Positions 1-8,499 of a DNA stretch of 64,000 nucleotides are shown one piece after another. A model generated the notes under the pieces. It made no database searches, was not told the DNA's origin, and saw only the letters and a list, made by a program, of their open reading frames with translations. The stretch's first letter is position 1; the number at the start of each line of letters is the position of its first letter. The stretch is from an uncultured Beijerinckia sp. Its GTDB lineage: Bacteria > Pseudomonadota > Alphaproteobacteria > Rhizobiales > Beijerinckiaceae. A program made the position numbers and the translations under genes. The stretch spans positions 7,667-71,666 of the forward strand of contig CAZLBA010000004.1 of NCBI GenBank assembly GCA_964557555.1, in the 5' to 3' direction.

Positions 1-1
1 C

Positions 2-52
2 CAGATCGAGCGCATCGCCCTGCTTCGCCTGAAGGATCGACTTGCAGCTTGA
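2..52 (+). CDS. uraD: 3' end of an OHCU decarboxylase (UraD, possibly PuuE-UraD fusion), partial
   Basis: Frame 2 reads QIERIALLRLKDRLAA*, which resembles the UraD C-terminus; a purine-type NCS2 permease follows. Only 16 codons are visible. Confidence 0.6.
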   Translation, partial: QIERIALLRLKDRLAA

Positions 53-231
53 ACTGCCAGCCAAGAACCAAGGATTTGCGAAACACAAAAAAAGCCTGAG
101 CAATCAGGTCATAAGCCCGCTTGAGCGGGAATGTCAGGGTGGGAACGCGCAATAGGGCCCTTGGTCCGACCTTGCCCCTCCCCAACTTCAATCGCCAAAA
201 ATGGCGCGAACGCGAACAAAGGGGCACTCCC

Positions 232-1614
232 ATGACAGAGAAAGTTCATCCCGTTGATGAAGTTCTGCCAGCTGGCAAACTGACGGCGCTTGGAATTCAG
301 CATGTGCTGGTGATGTATGCGGGTGCGGTCGCGGTTCCGCTCATCATTGGTCGCGCTCTGGGTCTTACACCTGAACAAGTCGCATTTCTCATCAATGCCG
401 ACCTGTTTGCCTGCGGCCTTGTGACCTTGATTCAGGCCTTCGGCATTCCCGGTGTGGGCATTCGCATGCCCGTGATGATGGGCGTGACCTTCGCCTCCGT
501 GGCGCCCATGCTGGCCATGATTGCAGCAGGCAAAGCAGCCAATGCACCGCCAGCGCAAACACTCAATCTCATCTATGGTTCAGTGATCGCAGCTGGTGCC
601 TTTGGCTTCATCATCTCACCCTTTGTGAGCCGGATGTTGCGCTTCTTCCCGCCCGTGGTCACCGGCACAATCATTCTCGTCATCGGTATTACTTTGATGC
701 GCATCGGCATCAACTGGGCCGCTGGCGCACCCTCCGACAGCATGCCGAGCTATGGCGATCCCATTCATCTGGGCGTTGCAGCCTTTGTGCTGATCGTGAT
801 CCTTGCGATCACGAAATTCACGCGGGGCTTTGTCCAAAATATCGCGGTGCTGCTCGGCATTGTGGCGGGCGCTGTGGTTGCCATCATCATTGGCAAGATG
901 AGCTTTGCGAAAGTGGCAACGGCACCCTGGTTTGGACTGGTGCTGCCCTTCCAGTTTGGCATGCCCATTTTCGATCCTGTCTCGATCCTGACCATGTGTC
1001 TGGTGATGATCGTTGTCATGATTGAATCAACCGGCATGTTCCTCGCTCTGGGTACCATGACGGATCGCAAGGTTGATCATGATTCGCTGACACGTGGCCT
1101 GCGTGCTGATGGTCTGGGCACCATCATTGGCGGCGTCTTCAACACCTTCCCCTACACGTCCTTCTCGCAGAATGTCGGCCTTGTGGGTGTGACAGGTGTG
1201 CGCTCGCGCTGGGTCTGCGTTGCGGGTGGCGTCATTCTCCTGTTGCTTGGCCTCACGCCGAAACTGGCACAGCTGGTGGAATCCGTCCCGACCTTTGTGC
1301 TGGGCGGCGCGGGGATCGTGATGTTCGGCATGGTCGCTGCAACCGGGATCCGCATTCTGGCGGCCGTGGACTTCACCAACAACCGTAACAACCTGTTCAT
1401 CGTGGCCATCTCTGTCGGCTTTGGCATGATCCCGCTGGTCGCGCCGAAATTCTTCCACAAGATGCCTGATGCTCTGGCGCCCCTGCTTCATTCGGGCATT
1501 CTGCTGGCCGCTATCGCAGCAGTCATCCTGAACGCCTATTTCAACGGCACCTCTGCCTCCGATGCCGAGGAACAGGCGGCTGAGACCAGCAAGGCTTTTG
1601 ACGGCGGTCACTGA
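232..1614 (+). CDS. NCS2 family nucleobase:cation symporter (xanthine/uric acid permease-like)
   Basis: QHVLVMYAGAVAVP N-terminal motif, NCS2 signature FSQNVGLVGVTG, many TM segments; start moved to ATG 232 after AGGGG. Confidence 0.93.
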   Translation: MTEKVHPVDEVLPAGKLTALGIQHVLVMYAGAVAVPLIIGRALGLTPEQVAFLINADLFACGLVTLIQAFGIPGVGIRMPVMMGVTFASVAPMLAMIAAGKAANAPPAQTLNLIYGSVIAAGAFGFIISPFVSRMLRFFPPVVTGTIILVIGITLMRIGINWAAGAPSDSMPSYGDPIHLGVAAFVLIVILAITKFTRGFVQNIAVLLGIVAGAVVAIIIGKMSFAKVATAPWFGLVLPFQFGMPIFDPVSILTMCLVMIVVMIESTGMFLALGTMTDRKVDHDSLTRGLRADGLGTIIGGVFNTFPYTSFSQNVGLVGVTGVRSRWVCVAGGVILLLLGLTPKLAQLVESVPTFVLGGAGIVMFGMVAATGIRILAAVDFTNNRNNLFIVAISVGFGMIPLVAPKFFHKMPDALAPLLHSGILLAAIAAVILNAYFNGTSASDAEEQAAETSKAFDGGH

Positions 1615-1623
1615 GAGTTGAGC

Positions 1624-1648
1624 GGGCGGGCCTTCGGGCTCGCCCCTT
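1624..1648 (+). terminator. GC-rich hairpin after the NCS2 gene
   Basis: GGGCGGGCC-TTCG-GGCTCGCCC stem with a cUUCGg tetraloop; weak U-tract. Confidence 0.5.
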
Positions 1649-1682
1649 ACCTGCCGAAGGGCAGAGACATTAGAATTTTACT

Positions 1683-1699
1683 TTGGCAGGATTCATGCA
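1683..1699 (+). promoter_or_regulatory. Candidate sigma54 -24/-12 promoter
   Basis: TTGGCAGGATTCATGCA: GG and GC separated by exactly 10 nt, 45 nt before ATG 1745. Confidence 0.4.
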
Positions 1700-1744
1700 A
1701 TCTTCCCGGCCACAAACAAAGTGGCCCCTAGGAAGGATTGGCAT

Positions 1745-2506
1745 ATGAAGCCGCAAGAACCGTGGATTGGAAAGCGCGCCCGCATCGGAGTGGTGATTCC
1801 CTCCACCAATATTGGCGTCGAATATGACTGCCAACAAATCATCCCCCCCGGCGTATCGTGGCATTTTGCCCGTTTTTTCGTCAGTCAGCCGGATTTGTCG
1901 AGCGACAATATGTTCCTCGCTTTCGTGGAGGCCATCCGCGAAACGATCCCCTATGCCATGCGCGACATCATGACCTGCGAGCCAAGCTACATCATGATGG
2001 GCATGTCCGCGGAGACATTCTGGGGCGGTTTGGAAGGCAATGTGGAATTTGAAGCGCGCCTGCGTGACATGATCGGCCCTCAGATGGGCCTCACCAGCGG
2101 CGCTGCTGCGCTCAAGTCTGCAATCGACTGTTTTGGAGCCAAGACGGTTGCTGCGCTCACCCCTTATCAGTCGGTGGGGGACGAACAGGTCCATCGCTTT
2201 CTGGAAGAGTCGGGCTACAATGTCACGAAGGTGATTGGCCTGAAATGCGATAGCGCGACTTCAATCGCACATACGCCCCCGCGAGAGGTCATCGACACGG
2301 TGATCAAGGAGCTTGATGGCTCCAATGTGGACTGCATCGTGCAGGCCGGCACCAATCTGTCCGCACTCGACATCTTCCCCACTTTGGAAAAGCAACTCGG
2401 CAAGCCCATCATCCCGATCAATGTCGCAACCATCTGGCACGCGCTGCGTGCGCAGGGCGTCAATGACAAGATCTTCGGCAAAGGCTGGCTGCTGGAGCGC
2501 TTCTGA
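1745..2506 (+). CDS. Maleate isomerase/arylmalonate decarboxylase-like protein (Asp/Glu racemase superfamily)
   Basis: RIGVVIPSTN, ALTPY and PIIPINVATIWHALR motifs; GGAAGGA RBS before ATG 1745. Confidence 0.85.
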   Translation: MKPQEPWIGKRARIGVVIPSTNIGVEYDCQQIIPPGVSWHFARFFVSQPDLSSDNMFLAFVEAIRETIPYAMRDIMTCEPSYIMMGMSAETFWGGLEGNVEFEARLRDMIGPQMGLTSGAAALKSAIDCFGAKTVAALTPYQSVGDEQVHRFLEESGYNVTKVIGLKCDSATSIAHTPPREVIDTVIKELDGSNVDCIVQAGTNLSALDIFPTLEKQLGKPIIPINVATIWHALRAQGVNDKIFGKGWLLERF

Positions 2507-2536
2507 CAGCGCTTCTTCAACAGGTGAATCAAACGA

Positions 2537-3745
2537 ATGATGACAGATAAGCGCATTCTGATTTCTGGCGCAGGCCCGGTTGGCTACACAACTGCGCTCA
2601 ATCTCGCACGCTACGGCATTCCCTTCACCTTGCTTGAAGCGGGTGCCGAGATTTTCGAAGACCCGCGTGCAGGCACGATCCATCCGCCGACCCTCGAAAT
2701 GTTCGAGGAGAGCGGCGTCACACAGAAAATGCTCGAACAGGGCTATCTCGTCCCCAATTACCACTACAGGGATCGCAAACTGGGCGTGATCGCGGACTTT
2801 CCGCTGAGCGTGCTCAAGAATGATACGCGTCACCCCTATCGCATCATGCTCGAGCAGCACAAGCTCTCGCATATTCTGCGCGAACAGTTGAAAGCCTATT
2901 CGAACTACGAGATCCTCAACAACCACCGCGTTGCACGCGTCTCTCAGGATGCGGATGGCGTGACTGTTGTTGCTGATACACCAGAAGGTGAAAAGACCTT
3001 CCGCGGCACCTGGCTGATTGGCTGCGACGGCGGACGCAGTCAGGTGCGCAAGAGCATGAATGTGAAGTTCGAGGGCTTCACATGGGAAGAGCGCTTCCTT
3101 GTCTTGAGCACGCGCTATGACTTCGGCCAGCATGGTTTCGCATTGACGAATTACATCGCTGACCCCGAGGAATGGTGCGCCCTGTTCAAGGTGCCGGGCT
3201 ATGATGGCAAGGGCCTTTGGCGCATTCTCTTCCCCGCAGAAGACGGCGCGACGCAGGAAGAGCTGTTCGACGAGGCCTCCATTCAGCGCCGCATTCAAGG
3301 CTTCCATGCCAAGGATGGCACCTATGAGATTTACCACCGCAATCTCTATGAAGTGCATCAACGCGTGGCCTCTTGCTACCGCGATGGGCGCTGCCTGCTG
3401 GCTGGTGATGCAGCCCATATCAACAATCCGCTAGGCGGCATGGGCATGAATTTCGGCCTGCATGACAGCTTCAATCTGACGGAGAAGCTGGCGAGGATCT
3501 GGCATGAGGGCGCGAGCCACGATCTGCTGGATCTCTATGATCGCCAGCGTCGCACGGTTGCGCAGGAATATCTCCAGCGCCAGACTATCGAGAACAAGAA
3601 AAACATCGAACAAAAGGACCCGGCTGCCCGCGCGCAGTTCTATGAAGAGCTTCGCGGTATTCTGGCCGACCCCGACAAGCTGCACAGCTACCTGTTGCGT
3701 GTGGCGATGATTGAGGGCATACGGCGTTCGAACTCGATCACCTGA
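2537..3745 (+). CDS. FAD-dependent aromatic monooxygenase (MhpA/PheA-like)
   Basis: GAGPVG, IGCDGGRS and LAGDAAHINNPLGGMGMN fingerprints. Confidence 0.92.
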   Translation: MMTDKRILISGAGPVGYTTALNLARYGIPFTLLEAGAEIFEDPRAGTIHPPTLEMFEESGVTQKMLEQGYLVPNYHYRDRKLGVIADFPLSVLKNDTRHPYRIMLEQHKLSHILREQLKAYSNYEILNNHRVARVSQDADGVTVVADTPEGEKTFRGTWLIGCDGGRSQVRKSMNVKFEGFTWEERFLVLSTRYDFGQHGFALTNYIADPEEWCALFKVPGYDGKGLWRILFPAEDGATQEELFDEASIQRRIQGFHAKDGTYEIYHRNLYEVHQRVASCYRDGRCLLAGDAAHINNPLGGMGMNFGLHDSFNLTEKLARIWHEGASHDLLDLYDRQRRTVAQEYLQRQTIENKKNIEQKDPAARAQFYEELRGILADPDKLHSYLLRVAMIEGIRRSNSIT

Positions 3746-3777
3746 AACGAGTAAACCAATAACCGGAGGGGCCATTC

Positions 3778-4707
3778 ATGGCATTGAAACTCGCAGTTCC
3801 TGACCTGATCTCGAATTCCTATTTCACCGCAGTCGCGGCGATTGATCTTGGCCTCTTCAAGAAAGAAGGCCTTGATGTCGAGCTTGAGCTGATCTTCCCC
3901 GTCAACAAGACGCTTGAAGTGCTGCGTGATGGCGGCCTCGATTTCGTTGGCGGCTCTGCGCATTCGGTGCCCTTCGCCTTCCCGGAATGGAAGGGCGGCA
4001 AGCTGCTGGGTTCACTGGCGCAGAACATGTATTGGTTCCTCGTTCTTCGCAAAGACCTGAAGGCGAAGAAGGGCGACATCAATGCCATCAAGGGCCTCAG
4101 CATTGGCGCGGCTCCCCTTGTCGAGCTTGGCCTGAAGCGCCTCCTCACCGAGAGCGGCATTGATCCTGAGAAGGATGTGAAGATCGGCCCTGTGCCCGGC
4201 GCCTTCCTTGGCGAAAACAAGAATTTCGGTGTTGCTGCCGCCAAGGCTCTGGGTGCTGGCATGATTGACGGCTTCTGGGCCAATGGCATGGGCGCCGAAG
4301 TGGCCGTCACCAGCGGCTATGGCGACATCATCATTGATGCGCGCCGTGGCGATGGTCCACCCAAGGCAATCAATTATACAATGCCCGCACTCATCACCTC
4401 TGACGCTGTGATCAACCGCGATCCTGAAGTGGCTGCCGCTGCCGTGCGCGCACTTGTGGCAACGCAAAAGGCCATCAAGGCTGACATCAAGCTCGCTACC
4501 GAAGTCGGCAAGAAGCGCTTCCCTGAGTCAGAAGCAGCACTCATTGCCCAGGTCGTCGAGCGCGATCTGCCCTTCTACAGTGCGCATATCAGCCGGGAAT
4601 TTGTTGCAGGCATGCTCGAATTCCAGCAGCACATGGGTCTCATCAAGGCTCCTGTAGCCTATGAAGATGTGGTCGCCACGCAATTCTCGCATCTGTGGGA
4701 CAAGTAA
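3778..4707 (+). CDS. NMT1/THI5/SsuA-like substrate-binding-fold protein without a signal peptide
   Basis: GLFKKEGLDVEL motif; the N-terminus MALKLAVPDL has no hydrophobic signal segment; strong GGAGG RBS. Confidence 0.8.
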   Translation: MALKLAVPDLISNSYFTAVAAIDLGLFKKEGLDVELELIFPVNKTLEVLRDGGLDFVGGSAHSVPFAFPEWKGGKLLGSLAQNMYWFLVLRKDLKAKKGDINAIKGLSIGAAPLVELGLKRLLTESGIDPEKDVKIGPVPGAFLGENKNFGVAAAKALGAGMIDGFWANGMGAEVAVTSGYGDIIIDARRGDGPPKAINYTMPALITSDAVINRDPEVAAAAVRALVATQKAIKADIKLATEVGKKRFPESEAALIAQVVERDLPFYSAHISREFVAGMLEFQQHMGLIKAPVAYEDVVATQFSHLWDK

Positions 4708-4716
4708 GGACCGGTC

Positions 4717-5337
4717 ATGAGCGATCTTGAAATCTACAAAAAGCAAGGCTTCGGCGCGAGTTCAGGTTTCGGCCAGCGGCCGGCCCTGCTGATCGTGGAT
4801 TTCATCAATGGCTTTGCCGATCCGAAATATTTTGGTGGCGGGAATATTCCCGCCGCCATCGACAATACGAAAGTTCTGCTGGACGCGGCGCGCAAGCATA
4901 AAATCCCCGTTTGCTACACGCGACAGTTTTACGAGAAAGACGGTTCTGATCACGGCGTCTTCAATCTCAAGGCGCCCAATCTCGGCATCCTGACGGATGA
5001 ACATCCCTCAAGCCATGTGGTTGAAAAGCTGAAACCACAGACCGGCGAATATGTGCTGCGCAAACTCGCACCCTCCGCCTTTTTCTGCACCGATCTTGTC
5101 AATTGGCTCGCCTTCCGCAGCGTTGACACCGTCATCGTCACAGGCTGCACGACATCAGGCTGCGTGCGTGCAAGCGTGGTGGACTCGATGAGCTATAATT
5201 TCCGCACCATTGTTGCGACGGATTGCGTGGGTGATCGCGCCAGCGCGCCCCATGAGGCCAATCTTTTCGATATGGGCCAGAAATATGCGGATCTGCATGA
5301 GTCTGGCTATATCATCGACTGGCTCTCAAAGCGGTAG
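4717..5337 (+). CDS. Isochorismatase-family cysteine hydrolase (maleamate amidohydrolase/N-carbamoylsarcosine amidase-like)
   Basis: Asp-Lys-Cys triad context IVDF, RKLAPSAF, GCTTSGCVRAS; C-terminal HEANLFDMGQKYAD. Confidence 0.9.
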   Translation: MSDLEIYKKQGFGASSGFGQRPALLIVDFINGFADPKYFGGGNIPAAIDNTKVLLDAARKHKIPVCYTRQFYEKDGSDHGVFNLKAPNLGILTDEHPSSHVVEKLKPQTGEYVLRKLAPSAFFCTDLVNWLAFRSVDTVIVTGCTTSGCVRASVVDSMSYNFRTIVATDCVGDRASAPHEANLFDMGQKYADLHESGYIIDWLSKR

Positions 5338-5787
5338 AGCCGTCGCATATTTGACCTGATCGAGAGCAAAGCTCGACTCGATGGATGAGATGCCTTCGAG
5401 CCGCGTCAGTTTTTGCTTGATGAAACGCTCATAAGCAGACAAGTCAGAGACAACCACGCGCAACAAATAGTCGCGATGGCCGGTCATCAGATAACATTCC
5501 ATCACCTCGCTCCAGGCCGCGACTGCTTTGGCAAACCGCTCCAGATCTTCTTCCCGCTGCCGTGCGAGCTTGATCGACACAAAGACGCTTACGGGCAAAC
5601 CGACCGCGCGTTGATCAATCGTGACGCCATAGCGCGTGATGATGCCCCGCTCTTCCAGCATCTTGATTCGCCTGTGACAGGGCGAGGGCGAGAGACCCAC
5701 CTTCTCGGAAATTTCCTGCATGGTGAGGCGGCTGTCCTGCTGGAGCAGGGACAGAATTTTGCGGTCGATGGCGTCCAATTCCGTCAT
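5326..5787 (-). CDS. Lrp/AsnC family transcriptional regulator
   Basis: LDAIDRKILSLLQ...VGLSPSPCHRRIKMLE HTH and ECYLMTGHRDYLL RAM domain. Confidence 0.95.
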   Translation of the reverse strand: MTELDAIDRKILSLLQQDSRLTMQEISEKVGLSPSPCHRRIKMLEERGIITRYGVTIDQRAVGLPVSVFVSIKLARQREEDLERFAKAVAAWSEVMECYLMTGHRDYLLRVVVSDLSAYERFIKQKLTRLEGISSIESSFALDQVKYATALPL

Positions 5788-5942
5788 TGGATAAACATTC
5801 CAAATAAGTTCTTTTCACGCGGATTATATCCTAAAATAGCCCATCCAGAAGGGACAAATTTAGAATTTTTAGCCCCGCTGTCTCCTATAGCTTGTGCAGG
5901 AACGCCGGGTGATTCCGGCCATGAACCATTGGGAGCCTGACC

Positions 5943-7136
5943 GTGAGCGGACCTCTGTCCAACCTGCGCGTGATCGAATTGGGAACGCTGATTGCAGCCC
6001 CCTTCGCCTCACGTCTTCTGGCGGAGTTTGGGGCTGACGTGATCAAGGTTGAGCCACCGCAAGGAGGCGACCCTTTGCGCACATGGCGCAAGATGCACAA
6101 GGACACATCGATCTGGTGGTATCTGCAGTCGCGCAACAAGCGTTCGATTGCCATTGATCTGCGCCAGAGCGAAGGACAGGACGTCGTCCGCCGTCTCGTC
6201 AAGGATGCGGATGTGGTGATCGAGAATTTCCGACCCGGAACTTTGGAACGCTGGGGCATTGGTTGGGAGCAACTCTCCGCTATCAATCCCAATCTCACCA
6301 TGGTGCGCATTTCAGGCTATGGACAGACAGGCCCATCTGCCCATCGTCCGGGCTTCGGCGCGATTGGCGAAGCCATGGGCGGCTTGCGCTACACAACGGG
6401 CGAACCCAACTCACCGCCCTCGCGCATGGGTGTGAGTATTGGTGACTCCATTGCCTCCCTTCATGCCGTCTTTGGCGCGCTGATGAGCGTGCTCAATGTA
6501 AAGACCAATGGTGGCAAGGGCCAGGTTGTTGATGTCTCGCTTTGCGAAAGCGTCTTCAACATGATGGAGTCGCTGATCCCGGAATATGACCTCTTCGGCT
6601 TCGTGCGCGAACGCACAGGCGGCGCCCTGCCGGGCATCTGCCCGTCCAATACCTATCGCACACAGGATGGGAAATTTGTTGTGGTCGCCGGTAATAGTGA
6701 TTCCATCTTCAAGCGTCTGATGACCGCCATCGGGCGTGAAGACATGGCCAATGATCCCGCCCTTGCCAATAATGAAGGCCGTGTCAAACAAACTGCGCGC
6801 ATTGACGATGCGATCTCCGCTTATACGACACAGCATCCGCTCAAACATATCCTCGGCATTCTCGATGGCGCAGAAGTGCCCGTCAGCCCGATCTATTCCG
6901 CAGCCGACATTGTGGAAGATGAACATTTTCAGGCGCGCGAGATGATTGTGACGGAAACCTTGCCAGATGGCACCAAGGTGAAAATGCCCGGCATTTTCCC
7001 ACGCCTCACCGCAACACCCGGCACACGCAAATGGCTCGGCCCATCACTGGGTGAACATACACAGGACATTCTCGCCAGCGCAGGCTATCAGCCGCAGGAG
7101 ATCGAAGCCCTGCGCAGCAAAAAGGCCGTTGGATGA
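5943..7136 (+). CDS. CaiB/BaiF family III CoA transferase
   Basis: GADVIKVEPP, RNKRS, ENFRPG, ISGYGQTGP, IGD catalytic Asp; GTG start. Confidence 0.95.
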   Translation: MSGPLSNLRVIELGTLIAAPFASRLLAEFGADVIKVEPPQGGDPLRTWRKMHKDTSIWWYLQSRNKRSIAIDLRQSEGQDVVRRLVKDADVVIENFRPGTLERWGIGWEQLSAINPNLTMVRISGYGQTGPSAHRPGFGAIGEAMGGLRYTTGEPNSPPSRMGVSIGDSIASLHAVFGALMSVLNVKTNGGKGQVVDVSLCESVFNMMESLIPEYDLFGFVRERTGGALPGICPSNTYRTQDGKFVVVAGNSDSIFKRLMTAIGREDMANDPALANNEGRVKQTARIDDAISAYTTQHPLKHILGILDGAEVPVSPIYSAADIVEDEHFQAREMIVTETLPDGTKVKMPGIFPRLTATPGTRKWLGPSLGEHTQDILASAGYQPQEIEALRSKKAVG

Positions 7137-8050
7137 GCATGAACAGAGTCGAGATTTTCGAAGTTGTCGCGCGTGATGGCCTGCAAAACGAAGCGCGTTT
7201 CGTAGAGACTGCCGACAAGATCAAGCTGATTGATGCCCTGTCTCAGACAGGTCTTGCCAAGATTGAAGCAACCGCTTTCGTCTCACCCAAGGCCGTCCCC
7301 AATATGCGCGATGCCACAGAGGTCATGGCCGGCATCAAACGCGCGCCCGGCGTCATCTATTCAGCGCTTGTCCCCAATCTGCGCGGCGCAGAGGCCGCGA
7401 TTGCCAGCGGTGTGCAGGAGGTCAATCTCGTTTTCTCCGCAAGCGAGAGCCATAACAAGGCCAATGTGCGAATGAGCTGCGAAGAGTCACTGACAGCACT
7501 CAGCACCATCATCAGCACATGCAAGGCGGCGGGCCTGCCCGCCAATGTCAGCATCGCCACCAGCTTTGGCTGCCCCTTCGAAGGCATCATGCCGGCAGCA
7601 CGTGTACTTGGCTTTATACAAAGCTGCACCGAGATGGGTGTGAGCCAGATCACGCTGGCCGACACGACCGGCATGGCCAACCCCGCTCAGGTTGAGGCGC
7701 TTGTCAGCCAAACACGCAACCGCTTCCCCGACCTCGCGCTGACCTTGCATTTCCACGACACGCGCGGCATGGGGCTCGCCAATGTCTATGCGGCCTATCA
7801 CGCCGGCGCACGACGATTTGATGCATCGCTTGGCGGTATTGGGGGCTGCCCCTTTGCGCCCGGCGCCACCGGCAATATTTGCACGGAAGATACCGTTCAC
7901 ATGTTCGAGCAAATGGGCGTTGAGACCGGTGTGAACTTGCCAAAGCTTCTGGAAATCGCCAAAACTCTGCCCGCGCTGGTTGGTCATGACACCTTCGGTT
8001 CGGTCCTCAAAGCGGGTCGCTCCTGCGATTTGCATCCGATGCCGAAGTAA
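7133..8050 (+). CDS. Hydroxymethylglutaryl-CoA lyase family protein
   Basis: RDGLQNE, HFHDTRG, GGCPFAPGATGN; ATGA overlap with the CoA transferase. Confidence 0.93.
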   Translation: MSMNRVEIFEVVARDGLQNEARFVETADKIKLIDALSQTGLAKIEATAFVSPKAVPNMRDATEVMAGIKRAPGVIYSALVPNLRGAEAAIASGVQEVNLVFSASESHNKANVRMSCEESLTALSTIISTCKAAGLPANVSIATSFGCPFEGIMPAARVLGFIQSCTEMGVSQITLADTTGMANPAQVEALVSQTRNRFPDLALTLHFHDTRGMGLANVYAAYHAGARRFDASLGGIGGCPFAPGATGNICTEDTVHMFEQMGVETGVNLPKLLEIAKTLPALVGHDTFGSVLKAGRSCDLHPMPK

Positions 8051-8096
8051 GGCCTCAGCGCAAAGGGCCGAACTCACGGCCAATGCAGGAGGCAAC

Positions 8097-8408
8097 ATGC
8101 CCAAGGGCTATATTATCGCGCGCGTGACCGTGAATGATCCTGACACCTATGCGCTTTACGCAGCAGGTTCGACAGCCGCCATCAAGAAATATGGCGCGCG
8201 TGTGCTTGTGCGCGGTGGCAAGCATGAGGCACTCGAAGGCACAGCACGCCCTCGCAATGTCGTGCTGGAATTCGACAGCTATGAACAGGCCAAGGCCTAT
8301 TACGATTCGCCTGAATATCAGGCAGCGCGTGCCCATCGCATAGGCGTGAGCGAGGGTGAATTCTTGCTCGTCGAAGGTTTCGACGGCCCACAGCCCAAAG
8401 ACAGCTGA
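8097..8408 (+). CDS. DUF1330 family small alpha/beta barrel protein
   Basis: KYGARVLVRGG...LEG...VVLEF...YDSPEYQAA pattern; AGGAGG RBS before ATG 8097. Confidence 0.88.
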   Translation: MPKGYIIARVTVNDPDTYALYAAGSTAAIKKYGARVLVRGGKHEALEGTARPRNVVLEFDSYEQAKAYYDSPEYQAARAHRIGVSEGEFLLVEGFDGPQPKDS

Positions 8409-8440
8409 CAGACTGAACCATGATGGGCTCCCTGCCTGAG

Positions 8441-8456
8441 CGGCACGGAGCCTGCA
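8441..8456 (+). promoter_or_regulatory. Candidate sigma54 promoter upstream of a Bug gene
   Basis: CGGCACGGAGCCTGCA with GG-N10-GC spacing. Confidence 0.28.
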
Positions 8457-8499
8457 TAAGAAGATCAGACCCATTATTGGTCCTGGAGGGAGTTATCGC

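Noticed and set aside
2261-3418. 385-aa minus-strand ORF
   Set aside because: Antisense shadow of the isomerase-like and FAD monooxygenase genes; no motifs.
1745-5337. Calling this a nicotinate (nic) operon
   Set aside because: No nicAB, nicX or nicD, and the isomerase-like protein lacks the catalytic Cys residues.
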